Shown here: one piece after another, positions 27,178-39,121 of the stretch
How positions within the stretch are numbered: the first letter of the stretch is position 1
Layout: every line of letters begins with the position of its first letter
Source of the DNA: Novakomyces olei
Lineage: Eukaryota
NCBI GenBank assembly: GCA_016906335.1
Contig: JADEYG010000002.1
Location: 1,550,001-1,614,000, forward strand
Direction of reading: 5' to 3'
Length of the DNA stretch: 64,000 nucleotides
Translations under genes and position numbers: made by a program
Notes under the pieces: model-generated
What the model saw: the letters and a program-made list of their open reading frames with translations, nothing else
Database searches by the model: none
What the model was told of the DNA's origin: nothing

Positions 27178-28248
27178 ATGCCGCCTGTCATGGTCTCCTC
27201 TATAGCGGCGACTGAAGAAGAAGGTGTGCAAGTACAGCCTCAGTATTTCGACAAGAAAGGACTGGGAGAAAGAAATGGTACGGCAATGCCTGCGCAAAAA
27301 GGCCTTGTCCATTTATTTGCTGGTGCTACTGGGGGCATGATCGGCGCTATATTCACATCACCATTAGACGTGGTCAAGACGCGATTACAGTCTGATTTTT
27401 ATATCGGAATATTGGCTCAGCGCCGAAAGGAATTGCAGCTTGATCTGTCACGGGAAGGCTCAGTGCGAGCTGGTGTGCGTCATTTCCGAGAGACTCTTGG
27501 AATTATCAGCGATATCTACCGCATCGAGGGCCCAAGGGCGCTATTCAAGGGTTTAGGGCCCAATCTTGTGGGCGTTATTCCCGCGCGTAGTATAAACTTT
27601 TTCGTATACGGCAACGGCAAACGATTACTGGCGGAGGAATTTGGTGATGGAGCAGAATCGAGCACGATCCACTTGTGCTCTGCCGCTATGGCGGGCATAG
27701 CCACATCTACGCTGACCAATCCAATATGGCTGATAAAGACACGGCTTCAGCTGGATAAGCAATCATTACTAAAAGGCGGTGCCCCTACTTATACAAGCTC
27801 GTGGGACTGTATTGTCAAGACGTTTAGACGTGAGGGTATCCGCGGTTTCTACCGCGGACTGACTGCCAGCTACTTGGGAGTAACAGAGTCCACCATGCAC
27901 TGGGTCATGTACGAACGTCTAAAGGCTATTAATGCTCGACGAAGGCAGTCATTGAACCCAACGACACTCGAAAAGACTTCAGACTGGGCTGGCAAAATGG
28001 GATCAGCTGGCCTCGCAAAGTTCCTTGCCGCTGCTATAACCTACCCGCACGAAGTTATCCGCACACGGTTGCGGCAGGATGGAGGCTACCAGCGGTATGG
28101 CACTCTAGTAAACTGTATACGTATTGTCTACCGCGAAGAGGGTCTGGGAGCTCTTTACGGTGGGCTTACAGCACACTTACTCCGTGTCGTTCCAAACTCG
28201 GCCATCATGTTTGGCAGCTATGAGCTTATACTCACAATGTTTTCATGA
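27178..28248 (+). CDS. RIM2: Mitochondrial carrier, Rim2 (pyrimidine nucleotide transporter) type
   Basis: Three Px(D/E)xx(K/R)TRL-like repeats; GLGPNLVGVIPARSINFF and TNPIWLIKTRLQLD signatures. Confidence 0.93.
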   Translation: MPPVMVSSIAATEEEGVQVQPQYFDKKGLGERNGTAMPAQKGLVHLFAGATGGMIGAIFTSPLDVVKTRLQSDFYIGILAQRRKELQLDLSREGSVRAGVRHFRETLGIISDIYRIEGPRALFKGLGPNLVGVIPARSINFFVYGNGKRLLAEEFGDGAESSTIHLCSAAMAGIATSTLTNPIWLIKTRLQLDKQSLLKGGAPTYTSSWDCIVKTFRREGIRGFYRGLTASYLGVTESTMHWVMYERLKAINARRRQSLNPTTLEKTSDWAGKMGSAGLAKFLAAAITYPHEVIRTRLRQDGGYQRYGTLVNCIRIVYREEGLGALYGGLTAHLLRVVPNSAIMFGSYELILTMFS

Positions 28249-29163
28249 AAGCTTTTCTTGATCTCGGGGGAAATAGGCTTTCCCCGTTGCTTTATCTAGG
28301 ACCATAGCCATCACTGTATTATACGTCTGCATTTGATAGATTATGAAAAAGTTTATGCATTTTTACAATTGAATTTGTGGTGAGCGCCGTAGCTTTTACT
28401 TTTGCGGGACCATTGCTTTTGCGGTAGGATATTCAATTCCGTATCTTACTTTTATCCGTCCATCTTTTCAACCAAACTTTCCACGCAACACTATTATAAT
28501 TCCCTGCTCCAAGTTGCCGTATAGGCAATGGGTACGCGGCGTACGGGTGTGCCTATTCTGCCGCGAGAGACTATAAATATACTAATTGCGCCCGAATCAA
28601 AAGCGCCACTCAGACTCTTCATTTAATTGAATTATTTATTCATAAATTACGCTTAATGCAGCGTCAATCTAAAAAACCTACGTAGGCAAACGTGCCAATA
28701 TTTACGCAACTAATCGCCCAAATAGCCGCCAGACAAACGCCTATATTAGTCTGACTATTGATTTGTCTATATTATATTTCGACTATATTATATTTCGACT
28801 AAATTATGTTTAGTCTATAAATCAGCCGCGTAAAGTACGCCGTTAATCTTTACAAGTACTGTACATTTATATAATATTTGCATTATAAGCATATTTATTA
28901 TAATAGCACCCTGTAGCTATTATACTTTGCTGCTTTTAACCGCACCGATAAGGAAGTTGAGCAGCAAAACCGTTTTCCCTGAGTCATGAGTGGTTTGCGG
29001 ATCGCGTAGTCTCATCACGGGAACGTTATCCGCTCGGGTGGTTTTAAGAAAACGCTGCTTTTGCGGTCGACAAAATTGGAGAAGAAAAAGATCTTGAAAA
29101 CAAGCCGCAGCACATAAAAGAGACTCTAATCCGACGCCGAAAGCCGGAATGGTTTACTAGACG

Positions 29164-32100
29164 ATGGCCTCAACGGCAGATCCATCTGCCTCACCGGCAC
29201 GTAAAGATGCGCCAGCGCCAGTGCCAGCGCCTGCTCCAGCGCCAGCGCCTGCTAATAGCAACGGAGACGAGGCCAGCCTGACGACTGATTTGAGCCGTTT
29301 CAAGCTCGATTCTATCGATCACCGAGTGCTGGCGGAGCAGATCTCGTCTGCTATGCGCCATGGGTTTGAAGACGAGTACAACTCGGAGGAGTACTTGACC
29401 ATGCTCGAGCAGGTATGAACAGCTAATTAGAGGCAAAAAGAGCACACGAAAAGAGAATACGAAAAGAGAATACGAAAAGAGCACACGAAAAGAGAATACG
29501 AAAAGAGCACACGAAAAGAGAATACGAAAAGAGAATACGAAAAGAGAATACGAAACGAAAGAGAATACGAAAAGAGAATACGAAAAAGAGAATACGAAAA
29601 AGAGAATACAAAAAAAAAAATACGAAAATGGACATTTATTGCCCAGCTCTAGTCAATCAAAAGTCAGTACTAACTTGCAGGTGTTTTACATGTACTTTAC
29701 AGACAAACGGCACGAAACTTGTGGAAACGTAAAAGAGGAGGATGACAAAGAGCTGGTTGACTGGCGAATGAGAGAGCGGCTAAAAACTGTATCAGCCGCA
29801 CTCGTGCTCTGCCTTAATATTGGTGTTGATCCACCTGACGTAGTAAAGACGACTCCCTGTGCTAAACTGGAGTGCTGGATAGACCCCTTTTCCCTACCCG
29901 TGTCAAAGGCACTCGAGGCTATTGGTAAAAACATGCAACAGCAGTACGAGACGCTTTCTATGCGTACACGGTACAAGCAGTACCTTGATCCCTCAGTGGA
30001 AGAGATGAAAAAGTTTTGTGCAAACCAGCGCCGCAATGCTCGGGAAGAGCGTGTTCTTTTCCACTACAACGGCCACGGTGTACCCAAACCAACGGGTTCC
30101 GGAGAGATATGGGTGTTCAACAAGGATTATACGCAGTACATTCCTGTTTCCTTGTACGATCTACAAGCTTGGCTGGGTGCTCCCTGTATATACGTGTATG
30201 ACTGCAGTGCAGCGGGTAATGTCCTATTAAATTTCAATAAATTTGCTGCTAGAAGGGACGCTGAGGCTCTAGCCGCTATAACTGCTGCTGCCAGTGCAGC
30301 AGCGGCTACTGCCGCTACTTCTCACGGTGGCAGTGAAGCGAGGCCTCCTGAGCAAAGCGCTCGGCAGGCGCTGCACTCTGACTGTATACAATTAGCCGCC
30401 TGTGGACCGGGCGATATTCTGCCAATGAAACCAGACTTGCCAGCTGACCTGTTTACTTGCTGTCTAACCTCACCGATAGAAATAGCGGTTCGATGGTTCG
30501 TTTTAAACGATCCATTGCCCTCTGACTTGACGGTGGAAATGGCCATGAAGATCCCCGGCAGATTGCAAGACAGGCGCACTCCACTGGGCGAATTAAACTG
30601 GATTTTTACGGCAATTACAGACACGATTGCCTGGACTGTGTTGCCGCGGCCGCTCTTTAAAAGGCTGTTTCGCCAGGATCTTATGGTGGCCGCCCTGTTC
30701 CGTAATTTCTTACTGGCCAATAGGATAATGCGCACCCAGTCTTGTACGCCCATGAGTCATCCCGCTCTGCCGGCCACACATAACCATCAAATGTGGGATT
30801 CATGGGATCTGGCAGTCGACAACTGCCTTTCGCAGTTGCCCGCGTTACTTACAGCAGAGAGTGGAGGCCCAGCTTACGAGTATCAGCACTCTACCTTCTT
30901 CTCGGAGCAGCTTACTGCCTTTGAGATTTGGCTGACAGAGGGAGCCGTTTACAAAAGGTCGCCGGACCAGCTTCCGATAGTACTGCAGGTCCTGCTGTCG
31001 CAGGTGCATCGGCTGCGGGCTCTTATACTGCTATCAAAGTTTCTCGATCTCGGAGCCTGGGCCGTTAGTCTCGCCCTGTCTATCGGCATCTTTCCGTATG
31101 TCTTGAAACTGCTACAGTCCCCAGCGAATGAGCTGAAACCCGTACTCGTATTCATTTGGGCACGTATTCTCGCTGTAGACCAGTCTTGCCAGGCTGATTT
31201 GCTCAAGGACAATGGCTTTTCTTATTTTTTATCGATTCTGACTACGGGTGCTGCCTCCCTGCCCTCTGCTAATATCGGAGAGCACCAGGCCATGTGTGCC
31301 TTTATCCTTACAATATTTACAAACGAGTTCCGGCCCGGGCAGTTAGCCTGCCTTGGGCCGGGGCTCATGGCGGCGTGTGTAAAGCATTTGCATGAGACTG
31401 ACCCGCTACTGCGCCACTGGCTGATTATGTGTATCGGCACTCAGTGGAGGGACTTTACAGAGGCCAAACTGCTCGGAGTTCGGGAGAATGCGGTCCTTTG
31501 GCTGTGCAGTTTACTCCAGGATCCAGTGCCAGAAGTACGTGCCGCGTCTGTTTATGCTCTAACGACTTTTCTCGGCATCCCAGAGCGAACAAACCAGGAG
31601 ATAATTGCCATTGAGGAGTACATTGCCACCTGTGCCACTGCTCTAACCACTGACGGATCGAGTCTCGTGAGAAAGGAACTCGTTGTTTTCATGTCCCACT
31701 TTGTACACCTCTATCCAGCAAAAATGACGGTTGCTGCTTTTGAGCATTTGGAGGATGAACTAACGTCTTTAATGGGGATGCCTGCCGGTCATGATGATCT
31801 AGATATAAACCCTAACCCTAACCCTAAATCTAAAAAAAGGACATCTGCGCCGGGAGCGGCGACGGAGGAGAAGCAGCAGCAGTACCTGTCCATGAAACAC
31901 CGGCCCAGTCACAGCGAGGGCACTATCTTTCGAGTTATGATAAAGGCTCTACTTGTCCTGTCTGCCGACCCGTTCCCCGAGGTGGAACAGCTCGCTTGCA
32001 CGGTCCTGGACGCTTTATTCCAGGGGCTTTGGAAGTCGGCTTTGGGGAAGCACGCATTGGCCCTTTACCAGGAAATGGCTCTCTACACTGACGGCCAGCG

Positions 32101-34012
32101 GGGCCGTCGGGAACCGAGGCCGACGAAGCCGACGGCTGCAGACGGAGGGGATTTGACATTGACTCCTAGGCAGCCTTCACGCTACCTCCACAAGACTCTG
32201 ACTAATTCGTCCCTCTCTGCTGGCAATATTACAACCAATACAAGCACTACTAATAATAATAGCATCAACAACAGCAACAATAGCAACAGCAACAATAGCA
32301 ACAACAATATTGACATTAACAACAATAACAACAGCAATTACAACAATGATAATAATTTTTACGGCAACAACAACAATAAATATAATGATACTAGCACCAC
32401 TCAACCGTACGGCAAACAAGGCTGGGGCGATACGATAAAACGGTCTGTCAGTTTTGCTGCGTCGCTAAGACAGATATCCAGTCTTTTTGGAACAGATACA
32501 GACTCCACAGGCCGAAACTTGCCTGCGCTTGAACCCAATCAGCCTCCGAGCGATGTGACGGCGGCTGTCTCGGCACCTCACCAGCCTCTTGATCTGCCAA
32601 AGCCGATGCCTCGAGGGTTTAATGGCGGCACAGGCCAGGCAGGGACAGTGAAATCCTTGCCTTTGAAATCAACCTTTTTGCAATGGAGCAGGGAATACTT
32701 TTTAGAGCCGCAGATGAAACCTGCCGAGGCGGACGAGCCTGGCAGTGTCGAGTATAATCGACGGCTCTGGCGGCGTAACCGTAACGAAAGAATAATCTTT
32801 CAGACTCAACCACAGAAAACTCTGGCAGCTACTGGCGACTGGACAAAGCCGTTGGGGAGTATTGCCACACCAACTCAGCCATCTCGACTGCTCTTTCACC
32901 AGTTTGAGAGGCATTTTATCATCGCTGACGACTGGGACTCGTTGAGCGTTTACGATTGGTCTACACGGCAATGCCTTTCCCAGTTTTCTGCCGGCAATCC
33001 GCCTCTCAGTCGCATTACGGAGCTCAAACTGTTGAACGAGGACGACGCTGCCATTTTAGCAGTGGGCACGAGCGACGGAGTCGTCAAACTGTACCGTCAC
33101 TATGACGAGAGCACGAGTCATGTGGGCAGCAGTATTACGAGTGGCACAGCCCACAACGGCAGCACCCATATTAATGCCAATATTAACACCAAAATTACCA
33201 ATTACGGAAATAATAATTACGGAAATAATAACGGTATCGGAAACAATAACGGTATCGGAACGGGTCCCGAGATGGTGACAGCCTGGCGCGCCTTGACGGA
33301 TCTGCTTCCGTCCAACCGGAGCAGCGGCCTTGTTGCCGACTGGCAACAAGGCCGGGGAACGTTCCTGATTGGCGGAGACGTCAAGGTGATTCGGGTATGG
33401 GACGCTCCGAGGGAAACGTGCCTGACCGACGTACCGGCCAGGTCCGGCAGCTGTGTAACCAGCTTATCCTCGGATCAAGTTGCCGGTAATGTTTTTGTTG
33501 CCGGGTTCGGGGACGGAGCCGTCCGTGTCTATGACAGACGCATCCCGCCTCGGGACAGTATGGTGAGGGTCTGGAAGGAGCACCGGGCTTGGGTCTCGGG
33601 CGTTCATATGCAGCGGGGCGGCAATCGCGAATTGCTCTCCGCCAGTATGGCTGGTGACGTTCGGCAGTGGGATATTCGTATGAATAAATCAATATCCTCG
33701 TTTGTTGCACATACGGGAGGGCTCCGGTCACTTGCTGTTCACGAACACGCTCCTGTTTTTGCCACTGGCAGCGTTGCGCAGTACGTTAAACTGTTCCAAA
33801 TCGGATCGAAAAAGCCGATTTCTACGTTTAGACAATCCTCGGCACCCTCGTTCCTACACCCGCCTCCACGAGGAGCAACTGCCTCCGTAACAGGACTCGT
33901 TTTTCACCCACATTGTATGATTCTGGCAGCTGCCGCTAATGGCGAGAATAACGTGTCGCTCATGACGTGTGACGATCCCCGCACGCTGGTTCAGCAGGCT
34001 GCAGAGTACTGA
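29164..34012 (+). CDS. KOG1: TORC1 subunit Raptor (Kog1/Mip1); intron 29413-29680
   Basis: WRMRERLKTVSAALVLCLNIGVDPPD, LFHYNGHGVPKP, QLPIVLQVLLSQVHRLRAL, HEAT repeats and a C-terminal WD40 region. Confidence 0.98.
29434..29628. repeat. (GAAAAGAGAATAC)n-type 13-mer minisatellite filling the Raptor intron
   Basis: Directly visible, with CACAC variants. Confidence 0.95.
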
Positions 34013-34744
34013 GTAGATACGAATATATAGCTGAATATAATATTAATTATAATATTAATTATAATATTAATATAAAAAATTATATATAATCGACTAAAAG
34101 AAAATGAAATAAAAACGAGTATCTGATGGCATTATGATTGGGGAAGCTGAAACAATATTCATTGCATCATAGTTATAGAACGCCGAGATTAATATTCAGG
34201 ATGCAATATTTTGAACACCTCTTGACGACAATGGCAACGTTCTACTTCTACACTTTATTCAACACTGTCATGGTTTTATTGAAATGTATCAAACGTTAGT
34301 ATCAAGCAACTTTTGGCAGCTGAGGTACATCCCCTGAGACCAGCTTACGCTTACATCCTTTGCTAGGCAAAAACAGCTATTTCAATTTAGCACAAAATAA
34401 AACAGATTCTGCCGTCTCACGGAATAATCAGTTATATCTTTTGGAGGAGATGTAGTAATGACCTGTTGATGGTATTAGATATTAAAGATTTAATAATTAA
34501 AGTAAACAAAAAAGAAAAGTATAGAATAAGCTAATAGTACTGCTGGACCGTTGACAGGAACAGAAGAAAGAATACAATACAATGAAGCGCAGGTATCACA
34601 AAACACTTGAACCGGACAATGCCAAGATACCCACGGCGACTGTACAGGACCAAACAAGGCCTTCATCGTTGAGGTTTTAAAAAAAAATAAATGATTATTT
34701 TTTTCTTTTTCTGGTTAATATGTTCATTATAGTGTACATTGCGC

Positions 34745-35837
34745 CTATTCGCGGGAAACATCAACACCGTTCTCCGTGACACCGTTTTCCTCGGCAAAGT
34801 TGAGTTTCCGGTTACGCATCCACTGAGGCATTCCTCCGCCAGACCCACGTGTCCGTCCGGAACTGCTTCCACCAAGTCCACAGCCAAGGCAGAAATGGAT
34901 GAAAGAAATTACTAAACAAGCCCAGATTGTCCAGGTGAAGGCCATTGCTTTTACACCGACTTGAGAGTCTTCACCGAAATCGCGAAACCGATTGCGAGCC
35001 AAAACGTACAAAATAGTGTCAACAATAGCAGTCGCAGTATGCATGAATAAAGCAAACTGATGGATTAGTATCGTAAATAGTATGCACAAACAAAGGTAAA
35101 CTAGTAAACAGAAACAAGTATAGTAAACGTATGGTAAATGTGTGGTAAATTTATGGTAAATAAACAACACAACCAGAGCAATGCATCCAAACAAATCCTA
35201 AAATCCCAGCCAACTCTAAAAAATAAAAACGAATCAAGAGGGTAATATCCAAAATTAAAAAGCAGCAACAAAATCAAGGCTGAACCCAAACGCTAGAGAA
35301 CTTACGCCTGTGAAAATACTGGCGATGCCAGCAAAAATCCGGCCAAAAACAGAAGTCAAGCTGCCCAGCAGTGCGAGCGAGATAAGGATAGTAGAGATCA
35401 GCCAGAAAGCAAAATTGAACCGCGAAAGGTAGAACCAGTAATTGCTGTGCTCTACAAACGAGGGCGGTACGTTGTCCGTGTTGAACATATTCTGTGGCTG
35501 AAAGGGGAATCCGGCATCGACGGGCGAGCAGTTCACACTGCGACCGTTACGGCTTCCACACACGTTCCACAGCGTAAAGTGCACAATACCGTCAGGAGAG
35601 TCGGGAATAGTGCCGCCGGTTATATTGCGCACCGTTGTGCGCAGCATGAAAAACGTTGGCAGCGGAAAGCCGCCGTCTGTGCCTGCAAGAATGATAAAGT
35701 AGACGAGTAGCGTAGCACCCATCAGCAGCAGGAGAGCAGGCAGGGAGAATAGAGCGGCTATAAAAAAAAGAAAACATGTTAGTTCCAAGTATCATTTGAT
35801 GCTTTGTTGTTGCTTTGCTCGTCTTACTTTTCGCCAT
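34745..35837 (-). CDS. SUR7/PalI family tetraspan membrane protein, 3 exons
   Basis: Hydrophobic N-terminus, claudin-like FTLWNVC..C, PFQPQNMF, YWFYLSRFNFAF, VGVKAMAFTWT. Confidence 0.88.
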
Positions 35838-36772
35838 TGTGATGGAGATGCGAAGCTGCTAATGCTCAGCGATAGAGTTGTCAAACGGTTGGAAAAGCGA
35901 AACCTACAAGTTTATAATAAAGTCAGACTTTCAAAGTGGTAAACCCTCTAAACTAACTTCGTCATAGCCGAAAATATAGTAAATATAAACAGTCCGCAAA
36001 CGCACTTACGTTGCTGGGGCAACGCAACCGATGCGGAGTATTTACTGCAGGCATAAAAAGGTACGAAAAATTTTGTATGTCTGTGTACTATTGCCGAATT
36101 AGTATTACTATGTAATTTATGGCGTACTTGGCACCATACTTATTATCCATAGCTTTTTGCCAATCCTTCTTTACTTGTCAACCGTCTACTTTGTTTAGTT
36201 TGCCCACCGTCTAGTTGTTTAGTAGCACCTCGTGTAGCCCGTGCCCTTTTTCACGCTGCCCATTTACTATACATTTACAGTGTGATGGATGATGTGAATT
36301 ACAGTTTGTAGCGTACGATCGTGCTCAGCCATACATAGTATGGTAAGCAGCTTGATCGACATTGACGTCACAGCTTTGGCAGATGTGCAATTACTTGTGT
36401 AGAGACTTGCTTTACTCAATTTGGATGAAAACATTCATCGGTGGTCGGCTGTTTGGCTATTGGTACTTCTGTGTCCGCCAATAAACAAATGGGCAAAGGA
36501 TTTGTTATGACGAAGGTTGTGCGCAACCAATTAATAATTTGCTCCCTTGTTTACTTGTTTGCGCGCACAGTGTCTTCTTGCAATATTAAGCAAATATTTT
36601 TGTGAATGTTGCTTTCTACATTGTGTTGATTACTTGTCCATCGTGCCTTGTATTAGTTGACGTTTGTCTGAGCGCCCATAAGCAATAATGTGAGTGGCTC
36701 ACAAGACTGCTTGTGTGCGCTGATGCCAAAGTCTATTTAAATTTGTGGGTACATATACGCGCAGACACAAGC

Positions 36773-36801
36773 AGGGTAGGGTATAGCAGTCAGCAGTCAC
36801 A
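36773..36801 (+). promoter_or_regulatory. HomolE (AGGGTAGGGT, 36773-36782) plus HomolD (CAGTCACA, 36794-36801) ribosomal-protein promoter module
   Basis: Exact matches to both S. pombe ribosomal-protein-gene boxes, in canonical order, ending 68 bp before the RPS11 ATG. Confidence 0.85.
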
Positions 36802-36869
36802 GTACAAACAGCAGTGTACACAGTGGGACTAGACGCATCTGTACAACACTCACATAGCAAATCAGCAAC

Positions 36870-37349
36870 ATGGCTACGGAGCTCGTGGTCCAAAGCGAGC
36901 GTGCTTTCCAGAAGCAGCCGCATATCTTTCTCAATTCCAAGGCCGCTATCGGCAAGAAGACAAAGGCCAAGGATCGGCGCTGGTACAAGGATGTAGGCCT
37001 CGGTTTCAAGACGCCTGCGACTGCCATCTCTGGACACTACATTGACAAAAAATGTCCGTTTGTCGGACAGGTCAGCATCCGCGGCCGTATTCTGACGGGA
37101 CAAGTCGTATCAACCAAGATGCACCGTACTATCGTTATTCGACGCGAGTATCTTCACTATATCCCTAAATACAACCGTTACGAGAAGCGCCACAAGAACC
37201 TTTCTGCTCACGTTTCCCCTGCTTTCCGTGTGAACGAGGGCGATATCGTTACCGTCGGTCAGTGCCGCCCGCTTTCAAAGACGGTGCGCTTCAACGTACT
37301 GCGTGTCGTAACGCACTCTGAGGGTCCCAAGGCTTTTGGCAAATTTTAG
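36870..37349 (+). CDS. RPS11: 40S ribosomal protein S11 (uS17)
   Basis: [47 protein letters not shown]. Confidence 0.99.
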   Translation: MATELVVQSERAFQKQPHIFLNSKAAIGKKTKAKDRRWYKDVGLGFKTPATAISGHYIDKKCPFVGQVSIRGRILTGQVVSTKMHRTIVIRREYLHYIPKYNRYEKRHKNLSAHVSPAFRVNEGDIVTVGQCRPLSKTVRFNVLRVVTHSEGPKAFGKF

Positions 37350-37682
37350 CTTATCGACCAAATGTAATTGCATACACACATATTACCATTGATGGGAGGC
37401 AAATTGTTCTTTTATCAGGGCTATTGTGCGCTGTAGGACGTTATATGTATTTGTAGAGACGGTGCCTAGCGTTTGCTTGTAGTGTGCTGTAGTGTTGCTA
37501 TAATTTTGCTGTAGAGTCTAGTCCCTTACGAGATTAAGATCGTTACCCGACGCCAGACACAGACTTTGAATCTTGTACGCGCCAAGGTAGCCAAGGTAGC
37601 GGGCGTCCTTGTACTCGATTTTACAGTGCCAAAGGAGGTATTGCCCATTATTCATTAATTGATCTATAATACAAATTTCTGT

Positions 37683-38392
37683 CTAGCGCCGTTTGACCAT
37701 AATAAATCCGTCTTCGTCTATCTCTGGATCATTGCTTTGCGGCCGCGAGGGAACATCAGCAGGCTGCTGCCCTATTTCCGGTTGTCCTATTTCCGGCTTT
37801 TCTAAAGACGGAACCCTTTTCAGCCCTGAATGTAAATTGTACAGCTCTCTCACAGCTCCAAAATTATTTTGCTCGCACTCGTTCCACACTTGGCAAACGT
37901 GCCGTGCCAGCTACCCAATTAGCGCGTATTCTCCATAGTTGCAATGAAAAAAATTAAATAAGAGATCAAATTAAATAGTGTTCAAATTAAATAGTGCTCA
38001 AGCATACAAGGTAAGCAGAATCGTCCTCCAATTCAGCGCTATACTCGTCGGCCATAATTTGGAGCAAAGTGTCCTCGACGTCTTCTGCCTCAACGTCTCC
38101 GTCTATAATGAATTAATATAAATTGTGAAAAAGTCTTCGTACCGCCAAACATGTCCACGACCACACCGCCCATCCAGTCTCGTATATCTGCAGACTCGGG
38201 ACCCGCCCATTCCTCGTCCACAGCTTTAGCCAATACGGGCCACGCGTAGATTAGTACGCCGACTGCATATTCAAAGTACTCCTGTCTCCGTGACTGGTCG
38301 TTAAACTGCGGTGCACTGGTTTGCGCACCATTGGCGGCAGTGCTGTCAGTCTCCGCGATCCCAATTTCTGTGCCGTCTGCGGTCGCGTCCAT
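37683..38392 (-). CDS. TSR2: Pre-rRNA-processing protein Tsr2, 3 exons
   Basis: WPVLAKAVDEEWAG..S.DIRDWM, DVEDTLLQIMADEYSAELEDDSA, C-terminal IDEDGFIMVKRR. Confidence 0.88.
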
Positions 38393-38539
38393 ATCCTCGG
38401 TCCGCAACGACGACTCCAAACTCGATATTTGTCGCCGGAAAATAATTTATTCTTTATTCTTTTAGCACTAGTAATAATTATTTATACTAGTAGATCAGAT
38501 AAACTTGATTAGATAAGATAAAGTATAGCCAGCCAATAG

Positions 38540-38660
38540 GCGTGGAGGGTCGTCGACGTCGGGTCCTGACGTCGATGAAGAGTACTCAAACAAATGCTTT
38601 GTGTAAATTAGATGAGCGTCGTAGAGTCGCCAATGACGCAGACCTCAATGGAACAAATGG
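38540..38660 (+). ncRNA. Candidate two-hairpin structured RNA (H/ACA-like)
   Basis: Stem TCGTCGACGTC/GACGTCGATGA, then AAACAA (ANANNA), then stem GCGTCGT/ATGACGC, then ACA. G-U pairs favour the + strand. Confidence 0.25.
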
Positions 38661-39121
38661 ATCATATACTTACATAAATTAATAGCCAATCTTTTTTATA
38701 GTTTTTTGTAACAATTGCCGTCATCTATTGTGGTTATGGTTTCAATCTTGAGCTTGACATTACACTGAGCGTTTAAAGCTTGCCAATGAGCCCGTGTCAA
38801 ATCTGACGATTTTTTTTTTCTTTCTTGCTCGCAAACTATCTTTGTGCAATCGTAAACCAAATATTCTACACTATGAAATACAAAAGATCAAATATAATTA
38901 ATAAACAAACGTAGAGAACTGTAGGATCAAAGACGATAGGGTCAAAGACGATTATTTCGATAATCCAGAAATGGTCCGTTTGAACTTGAGATTCTTGACA
39001 GCCGCGCCATTTCAAAGCTTACTTTTGGATTTCAGAACCCTGTACGCGATACTAATATCTACGTGCCATTTTTCGAAATATTATTACATTATGATGATAA
39101 ACAATAAATTAAAATGGCAGA

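Noticed and set aside
29434-29628. Tandem arrays as CRISPR-like or telomeric arrays
   Set aside because: No unique spacers, eukaryotic context, each unit different and internal to introns or intergenic gaps.
36777-36857. Possible 5'-UTR intron of RPS11, or retrogene origin of the intronless RPS11
   Set aside because: The segment is better explained as the HomolE/HomolD promoter; RPC31 and RIM2 are also intronless.
38606-38615. 10-nt complementarity (AATTAGATGA) to 25S rRNA
   Set aside because: A match of this length is expected by chance, and it is not placed next to a D box.
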